A stretch of DNA of 64,000 nt from Candidatus Rifleibacteriota bacterium (GCA_051747585.1 JBNJGH010000005.1:1-64000), one strand, 5' to 3'. Shown: positions 39,402 to 49,621, numbered from the stretch's first letter. Translations and numbers: made by a program. The notes: generated by a model not told the origin, from the letters alone.

Positions 39402-40409
39402 TCAGGCTGGATCGAGCAAAACACTTAATTTCAATACCTCACCTTCAACCCTTACCAGTTTTCTGGCAGACAAAAATCCTTCAGCCTCAATTTTAATATT
39501 GTGGTATCCACAATCAACTGGTTTAACCGCAACTACACCATCATTCGATTTTTTCTGCTTTTTACCATCAATATCGATCCAAAAGTTTTTAACCGCTTTA
39601 TTATTATTTCGAGAAAACACACTCATGATAATTTGGGATGTTGCCGGTGTCAGTCTTATTGTCATACGATCTTTCTGCAATCTGTCACGTTTGAATCTAA
39701 GCGTTTTGTAACCCGGACATGAAACTAGAAAAGCAAACTTTTTTGATTTGCTTGTTTTACGATTCACGCTTATAATCGCTTCACCATTGCTGTTAATAGA
39801 GTATGAGCTGCCATCAACAGCTATAAAACCGTGCTTAACAGGTTTTTTGCTCAGGGTATTCACAAATTTAATCTTAAATTTTCTGTCAAAATTATCGCTC
39901 AACCCAAGACGAATTTTGATTTTATTCAGCACTGAACTATCGGCAAAATTTTCATAATGCTCTTCAGGGCTAAACAAAGCAAATGAGCTGCCTATATTTT
40001 TATAAAATTTAGATCTGTTCAAACCGGCAAGTTTGCGTAAAAGTCTTGTTATCTCATGATCCGGAGCATTACTTTCAAGGAATTTTAAAGTTTTTTTAAG
40101 ATGCCAGAGTATTTCGTGGTTTCTTACAGCTCTTTCCGGTCTAAAGCTGGAATCTGGAAAACCACACACAATACCCGTTTCAAGACTGGCTGCAACAGAT
40201 TTAGTCTGCAAAGAACTTAAATCAACAAAGTTTTCTTCGCCTGCCATATCTTTTGTATCGGGAAGAGCTTTAAGCACAATCTGGTTTAAAACCCTTGCTA
40301 ATTGTAATCTTGTCACCTGTTTGTCATTATCGAAGCGAAAAGCGGTTAAAAATAAAGAAACCGGTAAAAGTATAATAAACCAATATTGCAATTTTGACTT
40401 AACTTTCAT
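39402..40409 (-). CDS. SLH-like domain + Ig-like (PEGA/carboxypeptidase-regulatory) exported protein
   Basis: TRLQLA..., GIVCGFPDSSFRPE; PGYK and GYHNIKIEAEGF. Confidence 0.65.
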   Translation of the reverse strand: MKVKSKLQYWFIILLPVSLFLTAFRFDNDKQVTRLQLARVLNQIVLKALPDTKDMAGEENFVDLSSLQTKSVAASLETGIVCGFPDSSFRPERAVRNHEILWHLKKTLKFLESNAPDHEITRLLRKLAGLNRSKFYKNIGSSFALFSPEEHYENFADSSVLNKIKIRLGLSDNFDRKFKIKFVNTLSKKPVKHGFIAVDGSSYSINSNGEAIISVNRKTSKSKKFAFLVSCPGYKTLRFKRDRLQKDRMTIRLTPATSQIIMSVFSRNNNKAVKNFWIDIDGKKQKKSNDGVVAVKPVDCGYHNIKIEAEGFLSARKLVRVEGEVLKLSVLLDPA

Positions 40410-41106
40410 CTTCCGCTCCTACCAGCCAATAATGATTGTCACTTTTAAGCAATCTGGCGTTAATATCTGCAGCGATCTGTTTCAAGCCGTCGAGAGGGTT
40501 GGTAACCGACATATCAACAGCGATGGTTTCGGGCAGTTTTCCCGAAAAACTCAAACTTATCCCTGCTCTTTCTGCCAAATTTAAAATAAGAGGTAATACC
40601 GAAACCTCTTTGAATTTTAAAACTACCGGCGAATGTTTACCCCTCTCGGGGTTCATCAAAGACTCCGAATTAAAAACAGTTTTTCCTGAATGGTTAGAGT
40701 TCTTTTCTATTATCAGCTCGATAGCGTCATCTCCTTTTTTTATGCTTTTCAAAACACTTCCGTTTAAAAAAAGCTTCAACCCGCCGATTTTTCCACCTTC
40801 AGGATAAGAGAAAAAATAGCCCATGCTTATAAGGTCATTGGCAAAAGCATTATTTAAAAGTTTTTTATCCAGACCGCTTCCTTTAAAATCAATTGTTAAA
40901 CTTGCATCTACGGCATTAAAACTAACAACCTGGTTTAACGAATTATTTGCCCCGATAAAGACAGAACAACTGTTTTCCCGTTCATCGATACGACAGGATA
41001 AAAGCAGGTTATCTTCTTTAAATGCGGCCCTTGCCAGACCAAGACTGACAAGAAACAAAATAACAATTATCTGCCAACGATTAAATAAAGGGTTCTTCAT
41101 AGTCAT
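40399..41106 (-). CDS. Exported protein with AMIN-like and secretin-N/STN-like domains
   Basis: Signal peptide; LTIDF; C-terminal VVLKFKEVSV..LI..LAERAGIS..... Confidence 0.45.
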   Translation of the reverse strand: MTMKNPLFNRWQIIVILFLVSLGLARAAFKEDNLLLSCRIDERENSCSVFIGANNSLNQVVSFNAVDASLTIDFKGSGLDKKLLNNAFANDLISMGYFFSYPEGGKIGGLKLFLNGSVLKSIKKGDDAIELIIEKNSNHSGKTVFNSESLMNPERGKHSPVVLKFKEVSVLPLILNLAERAGISLSFSGKLPETIAVDMSVTNPLDGLKQIAADINARLLKSDNHYWLVGAEDES

Positions 41107-41704
41107 CCTTTAAAAACACCTGCTCCAAAATGCTGTATAGATTCATACGGGTAATATTGGCAAAACGTCGGGAACTTATTTGTCTAAGTTTCTCTTCTCT
41201 TCCGATAATGACGGCAAGATTTTTCAATTTAGTGCTGACATCTTCTGCATTTACAATTTCAGCATCAAGCAACAGGTCTTTACTGAAGTTAAGCTTGTAA
41301 AATCTTATTATGGTAGTCAACGCATGATTAAATTCTTTTACGGTTATCGGTTCATAGGGCGCAAAAAAATTATTGCCACGATAAAGACAGCCATCCATTT
41401 CCAACAGCTTTGCCGCGTCATGATAAATCTGGTGATCTACGGGAATATCAACAAAAAATGCCATATCATTTTTTGCATTTGTATTAAAAACTGAAACACA
41501 AAAAACAAGACTGAAAGATGTAAAAAAGAAAATAAAACCGGCAACAAGAAGCTTGCGGCACTTAATTTTTAAATTTCGATTAAGCTTTATTTGAGCTGCA
41601 GAAAAAATTTTTGCAACAAATGAATCTACGAAAAACAAAATTGCTTTTCGCTGCAATAAAATAAATTTCAAAAAGGATTTGCCTGCAATGCTCTTTTTTA
41701 TCAT
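41081..41704 (-). CDS. SLH-like domain protein (true start uncertain)
   Basis: FVDIPVDH....A.KL...G.......FAPYEPIT..EF. Confidence 0.6.
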   Translation of the reverse strand: MIKKSIAGKSFLKFILLQRKAILFFVDSFVAKIFSAAQIKLNRNLKIKCRKLLVAGFIFFFTSFSLVFCVSVFNTNAKNDMAFFVDIPVDHQIYHDAAKLLEMDGCLYRGNNFFAPYEPITVKEFNHALTTIIRFYKLNFSKDLLLDAEIVNAEDVSTKLKNLAVIIGREEKLRQISSRRFANITRMNLYSILEQVFLKDDYEEPFI

Positions 41705-41713
41705 TCTTATTAT

Positions 41714-41741
41714 TAATCGACTTTTTCACCACAATATGTTA
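41714..41741 (-). promoter_or_regulatory. Possible sigma28-like promoter
   Basis: TAAC-N16-GTCGATTA. Confidence 0.35.
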
Positions 41742-41787
41742 ATATTTTGCCCATTGTCTTATAGCAGAGGAGCGAAGGGTACAAAGA

Positions 41788-43716
41788 ATGACCCCGATTA
41801 GAAAAGTTATATTTTTGCTTACAGATGTTATCTGTGTTTCATTTTCGCTGGTAGCTGCAATCTGGCTCAAGTTTGAAAAGCTGGATCCACAGCATATTCA
41901 ATATCTTTTAATGATGATCCCTCTTTTGGTCCCTGTCTGTATTATCAGTTTCTGGACCATGGGATTGTACAACCGCACTTTACGATTCACTTCTATTCCC
42001 GACATGGTAGCGGTTTTTACTGCGGTTACCGGTTGTTCGATGCTGAAGTTAATTTCGGTATATTTTCTCGAAAGCTTTCCATTTCTCAGCTCAGTTTTTA
42101 TAATTGACTGGATGCTGAGCTTGATCTTAATTGGCTCAAGTCGAATAGCACCAAGAATTTTACTTAATATGGCCGAATTGTCGCCCGTAAAAAACTGGTT
42201 GTTCAATAAAAGTCATCAAAAAACCAAAAGAGTTCTTATAGTAGGTGCCGGCCAGGGTGGCGAAAGCGTAGTGCGAGAAATTAAACGCAATTTCAATCTT
42301 CCCATAAATATAGTCGGTCTTGTGGATGACGACCCAAGAAAAGGCGGGCAAATAATTCACGGCTGCCCGGTTCTGGGCAGCTGTGAAAAAATCACAGAAA
42401 TTGTAAACAGATACCAGGTCGATGAAATAATTATTGCTATTCCGTCTGCATCAGGAATAGAGCTGAGAAAAATAGTAGAACTCTGCCAGAGCAGTAAGGT
42501 CAGGTTTAAAACACTTCCCGGTCTTCAAGACCTTATCGGCGGCAAACTTGTTGGTTTGCAACTGCGCGACATTGCAATCGAAGATCTTTTAAGAAGACCG
42601 CCGGCTGAAATAAACCTTGCAGAAATAGCAGCCTACATTACCGGAAAAACCGTTCTGGTAACGGGCGCAGGCGGGAGTATCGGCAGCGAAATATGCCGTC
42701 AGATTCTGCCTTTTCAGCCCTCGATACTTCTTTTACTTGGACATGGTGAAAACAGCATTTATTCAAGTCAGCAAAGACTTTTACAAAACCCTGAGCTTGG
42801 CAACACACTTCTAATTCCACTGATAGCAGACATACAGGATTTTGCCAAGATCAGCCAGATTTTTAAGGCTCACTCTCCCGAGATAGTATTTCATGCTGCT
42901 GCTCATAAACATGTGCCAATGATGGAGCTCAATCCCGAAGAAGCAATAAAAAACAATGTCCAGGGAACCCGCAATTTGGTAGAAGCGGCGCATAACAGCA
43001 AAGTAGAGAGATTTGTCATGATTTCCACCGACAAAGCTGTTAATCCGACGTCTGTTATGGGTGCAACCAAAAGAATTGCCGAAAAAATTCTTAAGGGTTA
43101 TGCCAAAAGAAGCTCAACCAGGTTTGTTGCAGTAAGGTTCGGCAATGTTCTGGGAAGTCGCGGAAGCGTAATACCTCTTTTTAAACGCCAGATAGAAAAT
43201 GGTGGCCCGATTACAATCACTCACCCCAAAATGATTCGCTATTTCATGACAATCCCGGAGGCAAGCAAACTTGTCATTCAGGCAGGAGCCTATGGAAAAG
43301 GTGGCGAAGTTTTTGTTCTAGACATGGGCGATCCGGTTAGAATTGTCGATCTTGCCGAAGACCTTATAAGACTTTCGGGTCTTGAGACAGGGCGAGATAT
43401 AGAAATAAAATTTACCGGCATAAGACCGGGAGAAAAGCTTTTCGAAGAACTGTTAACTGCTTCAGAGGGCATCACAGCAACGCGTAACAGCAAAATTTTT
43501 ATTGCCAGACCGGAAGAAGTAGATGAAGCCGATCTGGGTAAGCTGGTCGACAAGCTCTTACAAGCTGCTCGCGAAGGCAAGCAAAACCGAATTATTAAAA
43601 ATATTCAAACTATAGTTCCTTCATTTTCTCCAAATCGCGACATGATTCACAGTGGCCGCAAAGAAATTGAAGGTAGAGAGAAGCAAGCGCCCCGCTTAAG
43701 AGTTATACAGAAATAA
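41788..43716 (+). CDS. Membrane nucleoside-diphosphate sugar 4,6-dehydratase (CapD/PglF/WbpM family)
   Basis: N-terminal TMs, IVGAG, VTGAGGSIGSE, HAAAHKHVP, STDKAVNPT, RFGNVLGS.GS. Confidence 0.93.
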   Translation: MTPIRKVIFLLTDVICVSFSLVAAIWLKFEKLDPQHIQYLLMMIPLLVPVCIISFWTMGLYNRTLRFTSIPDMVAVFTAVTGCSMLKLISVYFLESFPFLSSVFIIDWMLSLILIGSSRIAPRILLNMAELSPVKNWLFNKSHQKTKRVLIVGAGQGGESVVREIKRNFNLPINIVGLVDDDPRKGGQIIHGCPVLGSCEKITEIVNRYQVDEIIIAIPSASGIELRKIVELCQSSKVRFKTLPGLQDLIGGKLVGLQLRDIAIEDLLRRPPAEINLAEIAAYITGKTVLVTGAGGSIGSEICRQILPFQPSILLLLGHGENSIYSSQQRLLQNPELGNTLLIPLIADIQDFAKISQIFKAHSPEIVFHAAAHKHVPMMELNPEEAIKNNVQGTRNLVEAAHNSKVERFVMISTDKAVNPTSVMGATKRIAEKILKGYAKRSSTRFVAVRFGNVLGSRGSVIPLFKRQIENGGPITITHPKMIRYFMTIPEASKLVIQAGAYGKGGEVFVLDMGDPVRIVDLAEDLIRLSGLETGRDIEIKFTGIRPGEKLFEELLTASEGITATRNSKIFIARPEEVDEADLGKLVDKLLQAAREGKQNRIIKNIQTIVPSFSPNRDMIHSGRKEIEGREKQAPRLRVIQK

Positions 43717-43722
43717 AATTAT

Positions 43723-45534
43723 TTACTCTTCTTTTTTATCATCATCTGTAGAAACAGGCGGATATGGCTGCGAAGAAGGCTTATCAGATCCTTTTGTTGG
43801 TATTACCGGTGGATATGGCTGGCTCTCGAGTTTTCCCTTTTCTTGTTTCTTTTTCTCGTTAGCGTCCGGGAGATCCTTAGCTGCCATCGGTGGATAAGGC
43901 TGACTTTCGAGCTCGCCTTTGATGCCTTCAGTTGGGTCAGCACCCTCGGTTGCATCATCTTTTAAGACCATATCATCGGTATCTTCAACTTTTTCAAAGT
44001 ATTGAAACAGTTTTTTATCGAAGGCTCGTAAAAATGCTTCGACACAAACTGGATCGAACTGCTTGCCTGAAAACTTTTTAAGTTCACCTATTGCAGTTTT
44101 TACGGTTAAACCCTTTCGGTAGGGGCGATTAGTGGTCATAGCATCAAAAGCATCTGCAACACAGATTATTCGGCCATGCAGCGGAATGTTTTCAGCGGTG
44201 AGATGATCAGGGTATCCGCGCCCATCATAATATTCATGGTGATGCAAGACTCCTGGAATTTTGTCGGCAAGAAAATCAACCGGCCGCAAAATCTTTGCGC
44301 CAATAGCCGGATGCTTTTTAATTATTGCATATTCTTCATCTGTAAGCCGACCGGGTTTTCTTATAATACTGTCTTTGATGCCGATCTTACCCACATCATG
44401 CAGTAAACCGGCATATCTTACATTTTCTATTTCTTTCTGAGGCAAATTGAGTTCTTCGGCAATTGATACCGAATACTGGGTCACCCGGCGCGAATGCCCC
44501 TGCGTATATGGATCTTTTGCATCGATAGCAGTGGCAAGCACTTCAATTGTAGAGAGATATACTTTTTGAATATTTTCATAAAGCCGGGCATTCTCGATGG
44601 CTGAAACAGCTTGATTGGCAACATTTTCGAGCATTTCAACATCATGCTCGTTAAAAGGAATGTCGCCCGTTCTATTTAAAACCTGTAAAACACCAATGAC
44701 CTTGTCTTTAAGTCTCATTGGGACACAAATCATAGATCTGGTAACAAAACCGGATTTTTTGTCGGCACCCTTGAAAAATCTAGGATCTTTGTCGGTATCA
44801 GGAACCATTACGGTCTTGTCATTCTGGGCACACCAACCTGCCAGGCCGGTGCCCATCGGCAGTCTGATTTCCTGGAGTTTTGCGCCAACATCGGGATCAC
44901 CCTGAACCAGATGAAAATAAAGTTCGTTGGTTTGCTCGTCTATCAGATAAACCGTAGAGGTCTCGCACCTCATAACCTTGGTTGCGGTTTTCATGATTTT
45001 GGTAAGCAGTTCTTTCAGGTCAAGAGTTGAGCTTACAACTCGTCCGACCTCCAGCAAAGCTGCCATTTCTTCCATTTGCAGCTTAACCAGTTCTACTTCG
45101 AGGAAAGTACTGATAGAGTCGGTTGCCAGAGTGCGAAACTCATTCAGAGCACCACTGTCATCGAGCGGAATATCTCTTAAGATCATGAGCCCAAAAGGAT
45201 CGTCACTTATACCCACTGGTATAACAAGACATTTTATACCAGTCTCACAAATGTGGGTTTCGGCTTGGAGCTGACTTTTTTCAAGTTTTTTTCGGGTGAA
45301 TTCTTCACAGAAAAAGTTCAATGAATCCTCAGAGAACCCATCGTTAAAGCGAATTCTAGACATCTGAGCCGAAGTATCATAAAAAATCAGGCCAAAACCA
45401 CGGCGCCCGAATATTTCGGCAGCTGCGTCGCTTAAAACAGCTAATATGTTATCAGTATTCTTGCCGCTGGCAAGAATACTCTTCTGCGCATCAAATAAAA
45501 GCTGCTGATATGATTTTTTTATGCTTTCAGCCAC
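43723..45534 (-). CDS. GAF + HD-GYP cyclic-dinucleotide phosphodiesterase with repetitive C-tail
   Basis: HSRRV, LHDVGK, HHEYYDGRGYP, DAFDAM, RPYR; three SQPYPP motifs in the tail. Confidence 0.92.
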   Translation of the reverse strand: MAESIKKSYQQLLFDAQKSILASGKNTDNILAVLSDAAAEIFGRRGFGLIFYDTSAQMSRIRFNDGFSEDSLNFFCEEFTRKKLEKSQLQAETHICETGIKCLVIPVGISDDPFGLMILRDIPLDDSGALNEFRTLATDSISTFLEVELVKLQMEEMAALLEVGRVVSSTLDLKELLTKIMKTATKVMRCETSTVYLIDEQTNELYFHLVQGDPDVGAKLQEIRLPMGTGLAGWCAQNDKTVMVPDTDKDPRFFKGADKKSGFVTRSMICVPMRLKDKVIGVLQVLNRTGDIPFNEHDVEMLENVANQAVSAIENARLYENIQKVYLSTIEVLATAIDAKDPYTQGHSRRVTQYSVSIAEELNLPQKEIENVRYAGLLHDVGKIGIKDSIIRKPGRLTDEEYAIIKKHPAIGAKILRPVDFLADKIPGVLHHHEYYDGRGYPDHLTAENIPLHGRIICVADAFDAMTTNRPYRKGLTVKTAIGELKKFSGKQFDPVCVEAFLRAFDKKLFQYFEKVEDTDDMVLKDDATEGADPTEGIKGELESQPYPPMAAKDLPDANEKKKQEKGKLESQPYPPVIPTKGSDKPSSQPYPPVSTDDDKKEE

Positions 45535-45584
45535 CCGGCAGCTGTCTCCTTAATACAACGATATTTTCAGTGAAATTTCTGAGT

Positions 45585-46376
45585 TTATAATTCAATTCTA
45601 TTTCTGTATGCTTTGCTGATTCTTGAGTTCTGGTAGTAAAACATAGCATAGTCTGCTACAACCGGTGAATTATCAGGAAACATTGAAACTGGACTTCTTT
45701 CAATGTGCTTTTTCCACCAGGTTTGTGGCGAAACACCAGCAATAGAATCTTTTGATGCCACCATGCCCACATCTGCCAGAAAAGCATTTCCATCTGGGGT
45801 TACATTAATATCTGCAGTTTGATAATTCAAACCGGTACCGGCAACCACAACTGAAAATCCACAGTTCGAGTATTTCCAGGCAATAGCTTTTTTATAGTCA
45901 GGATCTGAACCGTTCATACTTATAAATACGGGATAACTATCATTTTTGTTGCTTATAAAATCATCCAGTATTTCATGGGGCTGGTTAACCAGACTTTTAT
46001 TGCTCTGGTCAGTAAGGCTAATCAACCATAGACAGTCTTCTCCCATTGTTATAAGCTTCTTTCCAAACCCGGGCACTCCCGGACTGAGATTTATCGGTCG
46101 CAGCAATGGCAGATCACTTTGCTCGAGCACTCGTCGTCCCGAGTTTCTGGCAACAGCCTGTTCACCAAGAAATATCAACTCAATTCCACTGTCAAAGATC
46201 AATTCAACTTGTTTCCCAAGCCTTGGAGCAGAAGCGAAAAGGCCATTAGCATTACAAACAACCATACTTTCCGCGCCTGCTTCGGCTTTTACTGCAGTAA
46301 CAAGCGCTTTGAACTGCTGATAAGGCAATTCGTGCATTACTACTCCAATAAAGACTATGGCAAACATAAGCTTCAC
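45585..46376 (-). CDS. Degenerate YmdB-like metallophosphoesterase fold protein
   Basis: LLRPIN..PG.PG.G, V.GTG..QTAD and DVGM..S.AG align with YmdB, but the metal ligands are replaced. Confidence 0.7.
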   Translation of the reverse strand: MKLMFAIVFIGVVMHELPYQQFKALVTAVKAEAGAESMVVCNANGLFASAPRLGKQVELIFDSGIELIFLGEQAVARNSGRRVLEQSDLPLLRPINLSPGVPGFGKKLITMGEDCLWLISLTDQSNKSLVNQPHEILDDFISNKNDSYPVFISMNGSDPDYKKAIAWKYSNCGFSVVVAGTGLNYQTADINVTPDGNAFLADVGMVASKDSIAGVSPQTWWKKHIERSPVSMFPDNSPVVADYAMFYYQNSRISKAYRNRIEL

Positions 46377-46432
46377 TATTGTATCATATACCTTGGGCTA
46401 CCACAACAAAAACAGCTTTTTAAAATGCTGGA

Positions 46433-47944
46433 TCAAAAATGCATCAGCCAGCTGAAATTAAAGCTTTTTTCGGAAATATTATTTCCGTTAAAATTTTCAA
46501 AGTTTTCGGAGTTTTCCTGATATGCCACTTCAAGACTGTGGTTAAGCGATAATCGTTTTTCAATACCTGCTCTCCAGGAAGTTCTTATAAATGATGCAAG
46601 ATACAGATTTTCGAAATTATTATAGTCGGCATCCACATATTCACTTCGCAATTTAAACTTAATCTGGTCGGTAATATTGTAATGCCAGCCCCCACTTAAG
46701 CTTATCTCATCTTCGTCACTGTAAAAAGAACGATTTTGATCGAATCTTCGGCGCAAAGCCTGTGCATTTACAAATAACCAGGAAGAATCGGCATAAAAGC
46801 TTCCGCTGTATTTTAGTATATTGGTTCGATGGTTTTCGTTAGAAAAATTATTGTTATCTACAAGTTCGTCAGTAAAGCAAAAAGTCTGCTGCAGATTTTC
46901 ATTTGTGTACCAGGTTGCAGAAAGACTAAGTATATTGGCATAGTGGTCAAACAAAAAGTTAACCCTTGATTCATTTTTCCAGTCTTTTTTCTGATAATAA
47001 TTATTCAGCCTGAAAACCATATTATCTGCCAACTCATAAGAGGCCTCAAGTCCTATTCCGCCCCCACTTGACCTGTTATCGAGATTGCCGCGCTCCTGAG
47101 CATGAGCATCCGCGTATAAGCGAAGAAACAGATCTCCCCGGGCTTTTATTTTCTGATACTTTGCTCCCGGATCAGTATCATGAGGATTTCTTGTCCAATC
47201 GGTATAATAATCAACCGCCTTACGTGCCGACAAACCATTTGGAAAGTTTTCAAAATAGCTACGATCGCCGCGAGCAGAGGCGGCAACAGGAACAAACCTG
47301 GTTTTACCACCAATGTAGCCTGCCACTTCAAATCCAACTGTCCCCTGTTTGTAGTCGGCAACAGGATCAAACTCATATTCTCTTTCTTCATAAGCACCAG
47401 TCACGGCAAGGATAGCTTTCTGGGAAAACTCGTGGCAAAACAGTCCGGCGGCTTTATTTGACCGAATCTGCCATTCCTTGAATTCAGCAACATCGTAGTA
47501 ATTATTGAAGTAATCCAGTTGAAAAAAATCGTGATCTCCGGCAGCTATGCCATAGGTTACGTTAAGCTCATGATCCAGCTCTTTGAGCTTTCTGCCGTTT
47601 TTGGCTCTGGAGTAATAATCTTCTTCATTGTAATGAATCAAGCCCAGGGTTTCTTTGATATCAAGAAACTGGGTTTCATTTAAATCACCCCTTACCGCAA
47701 AAAACATATCGCTATTGGTATTGAGAAACGACTTGTCATATTGTTTTGCTACAAACCGGGGTTCCGAAGCGTTGTTATCGTATAACAGTTCATTAAAATC
47801 TTTTCTGGTGCTGTCGAAGGTATTTTGAGAATTAAATTCAAAATCAAGATAAAAGCTATCATCGGCAGCAAAGATAGAATCCGCAGGCATGACGACCCAC
47901 AAAACTAGCATTAAAGCTGTCAGACACGATTTAATTCTATTCAT
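46433..47944 (-). CDS. Outer-membrane beta-barrel protein (unknown family)
   Basis: Signal peptide from MNRIKS (ATG 47944); aromatic amphipathic strands; C-terminal FSWLMHF. Confidence 0.7.
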   Translation of the reverse strand: MNRIKSCLTALMLVLWVVMPADSIFAADDSFYLDFEFNSQNTFDSTRKDFNELLYDNNASEPRFVAKQYDKSFLNTNSDMFFAVRGDLNETQFLDIKETLGLIHYNEEDYYSRAKNGRKLKELDHELNVTYGIAAGDHDFFQLDYFNNYYDVAEFKEWQIRSNKAAGLFCHEFSQKAILAVTGAYEEREYEFDPVADYKQGTVGFEVAGYIGGKTRFVPVAASARGDRSYFENFPNGLSARKAVDYYTDWTRNPHDTDPGAKYQKIKARGDLFLRLYADAHAQERGNLDNRSSGGGIGLEASYELADNMVFRLNNYYQKKDWKNESRVNFLFDHYANILSLSATWYTNENLQQTFCFTDELVDNNNFSNENHRTNILKYSGSFYADSSWLFVNAQALRRRFDQNRSFYSDEDEISLSGGWHYNITDQIKFKLRSEYVDADYNNFENLYLASFIRTSWRAGIEKRLSLNHSLEVAYQENSENFENFNGNNISEKSFNFSWLMHF

Positions 47945-48122
47945 CTTAAAATTTTTCCAAATATTTTGTCCTGTATCCAGCGTTCTTTTCGGCATAATTC
48001 GCAAATCAATGAATATATTTTCTTGAGCAAATTCCAATAATTTTCAACGACAACCTTCAACAAACTCAAAATTTTGGCTGGTTGAAAAAGAAATGATAAA
48101 ATTGTATTTTAGCGGCTAAATT

Positions 48123-49598
48123 ATGAACGGAAGATCAGACAAAACTTTATTACTTACCCAGTCCCGCAGTCTTACGGTTAGTGAATGCGGAGACAGGTTT
48201 ATTATTGAAGAATTACCCGAATGGCTTGCCGACAACATTGGATTAAACAAAAATCAGCTCATTGGCCAATCCGTATCAGAGCGCCTCGGCAACCATCTGC
48301 CCGGCCTGACAGAGCTTTTACAAAACACTCGCGAAGCAGAAAAGTCAATAAAAGGTTACAAAATCAGTTTTGATGATCGGCACGGATACGAGCATAAACT
48401 TTTGCTTGATACGAGCATAAAATCAGAAAAAGAAGGGAACCAGATAAAAGTTATAATTCAGGAAATGCCTGATGAATATTTAACGGCAGATTCTCTTGCC
48501 AAAGCCAGATTTTTTGGCTTGATCGGCAGATCGAAATCAATGCAGAAAGTTTTCAACAAAATAAGAATGTATTCAGTTTCCGATGCTCCAGTATTGATTT
48601 CGGGAGAGACAGGAGCAGGGAAAGAAGGGGTTGCTCAAGCTATTCACAATTTATCAAACAGAAGTAATGCCCCTTTTATTACCATGAATTGCAGTGCTAT
48701 AACAGAAACCCTGTTTGAATCAGAACTTTTCGGGCACGAAAAGGGGTCTTTTACCGGTGCAATAAGATCTCACAGGGGCCGCTTCGAGCGGGCAAACAAT
48801 GGGACTCTGTTCCTCGACGAAATTGGCGACCTGCCTTCCGCCTCCCAGGCTAAGCTGCTTAGAGTTCTAGAAACCTCCCAAGTTGAAAAAGTTGGCGCTG
48901 AAAAATCTGTAAAAGTTAATGTCAGGGTTGTGGCTGCAACCAACAGAAATCTGGAAAAAGACGCCCTCGAAAACAATTTCAGGCCTGACCTTTTTTATCG
49001 TATAAATGCATTGCAGATAAAGGTCCCTGCGCTAAGAGAAAGACCCGATGACATTGAACCGCTCATACAGCACTTTATAAATTTACTCAATAAAAAATAT
49101 AACCGCTCGGTAGTCTGTCTTACCCGTGAAGCCATACAGCTTCTTAAACAATATCGCTGGCCGGGCAACATCAGAGAGCTTAAAAACCTTATGGAGCGAC
49201 TTTTTGCTGAAAACCAGACCGATGTAATAGGCCTGCGGTCTTTAAAAGAATGGTATCACGAACGCCAGGCTTTTGCTCAGCAGACTAACGCAGAAAATAA
49301 AACAAATTACAATGATGTGACCATCCTTCCATACAAAGAGGCAATACCCCTCGGGCTTGATTCCGATGATTTGAAAAATGCCGTACCCGCTGAATTTTCA
49401 GTGCCTTATAATAACAACATCAATTCAAACTTTCCTCGAAACGGAACGAAACAAAGTTTGTCCCCTGAAGATCTTAAAAAAGCATATCAAATTGCGGCGG
49501 GTAATATAACCAGAGCCTCGGAAATACTTGGAATTCACAAAGCGACCTTTTACCGATACCTAAAGAATTTCAGCTTGAGTCGGGAAGATCTTAAATAA
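48123..49598 (+). CDS. sigma54-dependent enhancer-binding protein (PAS-like - AAA+ - Fis HTH)
   Basis: GETGAGKE, ESELFGHEKGSFTGA, LFLDEIG, WPGNIREL, C-terminal HTH. Confidence 0.93.
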   Translation: MNGRSDKTLLLTQSRSLTVSECGDRFIIEELPEWLADNIGLNKNQLIGQSVSERLGNHLPGLTELLQNTREAEKSIKGYKISFDDRHGYEHKLLLDTSIKSEKEGNQIKVIIQEMPDEYLTADSLAKARFFGLIGRSKSMQKVFNKIRMYSVSDAPVLISGETGAGKEGVAQAIHNLSNRSNAPFITMNCSAITETLFESELFGHEKGSFTGAIRSHRGRFERANNGTLFLDEIGDLPSASQAKLLRVLETSQVEKVGAEKSVKVNVRVVAATNRNLEKDALENNFRPDLFYRINALQIKVPALRERPDDIEPLIQHFINLLNKKYNRSVVCLTREAIQLLKQYRWPGNIRELKNLMERLFAENQTDVIGLRSLKEWYHERQAFAQQTNAENKTNYNDVTILPYKEAIPLGLDSDDLKNAVPAEFSVPYNNNINSNFPRNGTKQSLSPEDLKKAYQIAAGNITRASEILGIHKATFYRYLKNFSLSREDLK

Positions 49599-49621
49599 AA
49601 ATCAGATTTCGAGCAACCGGC

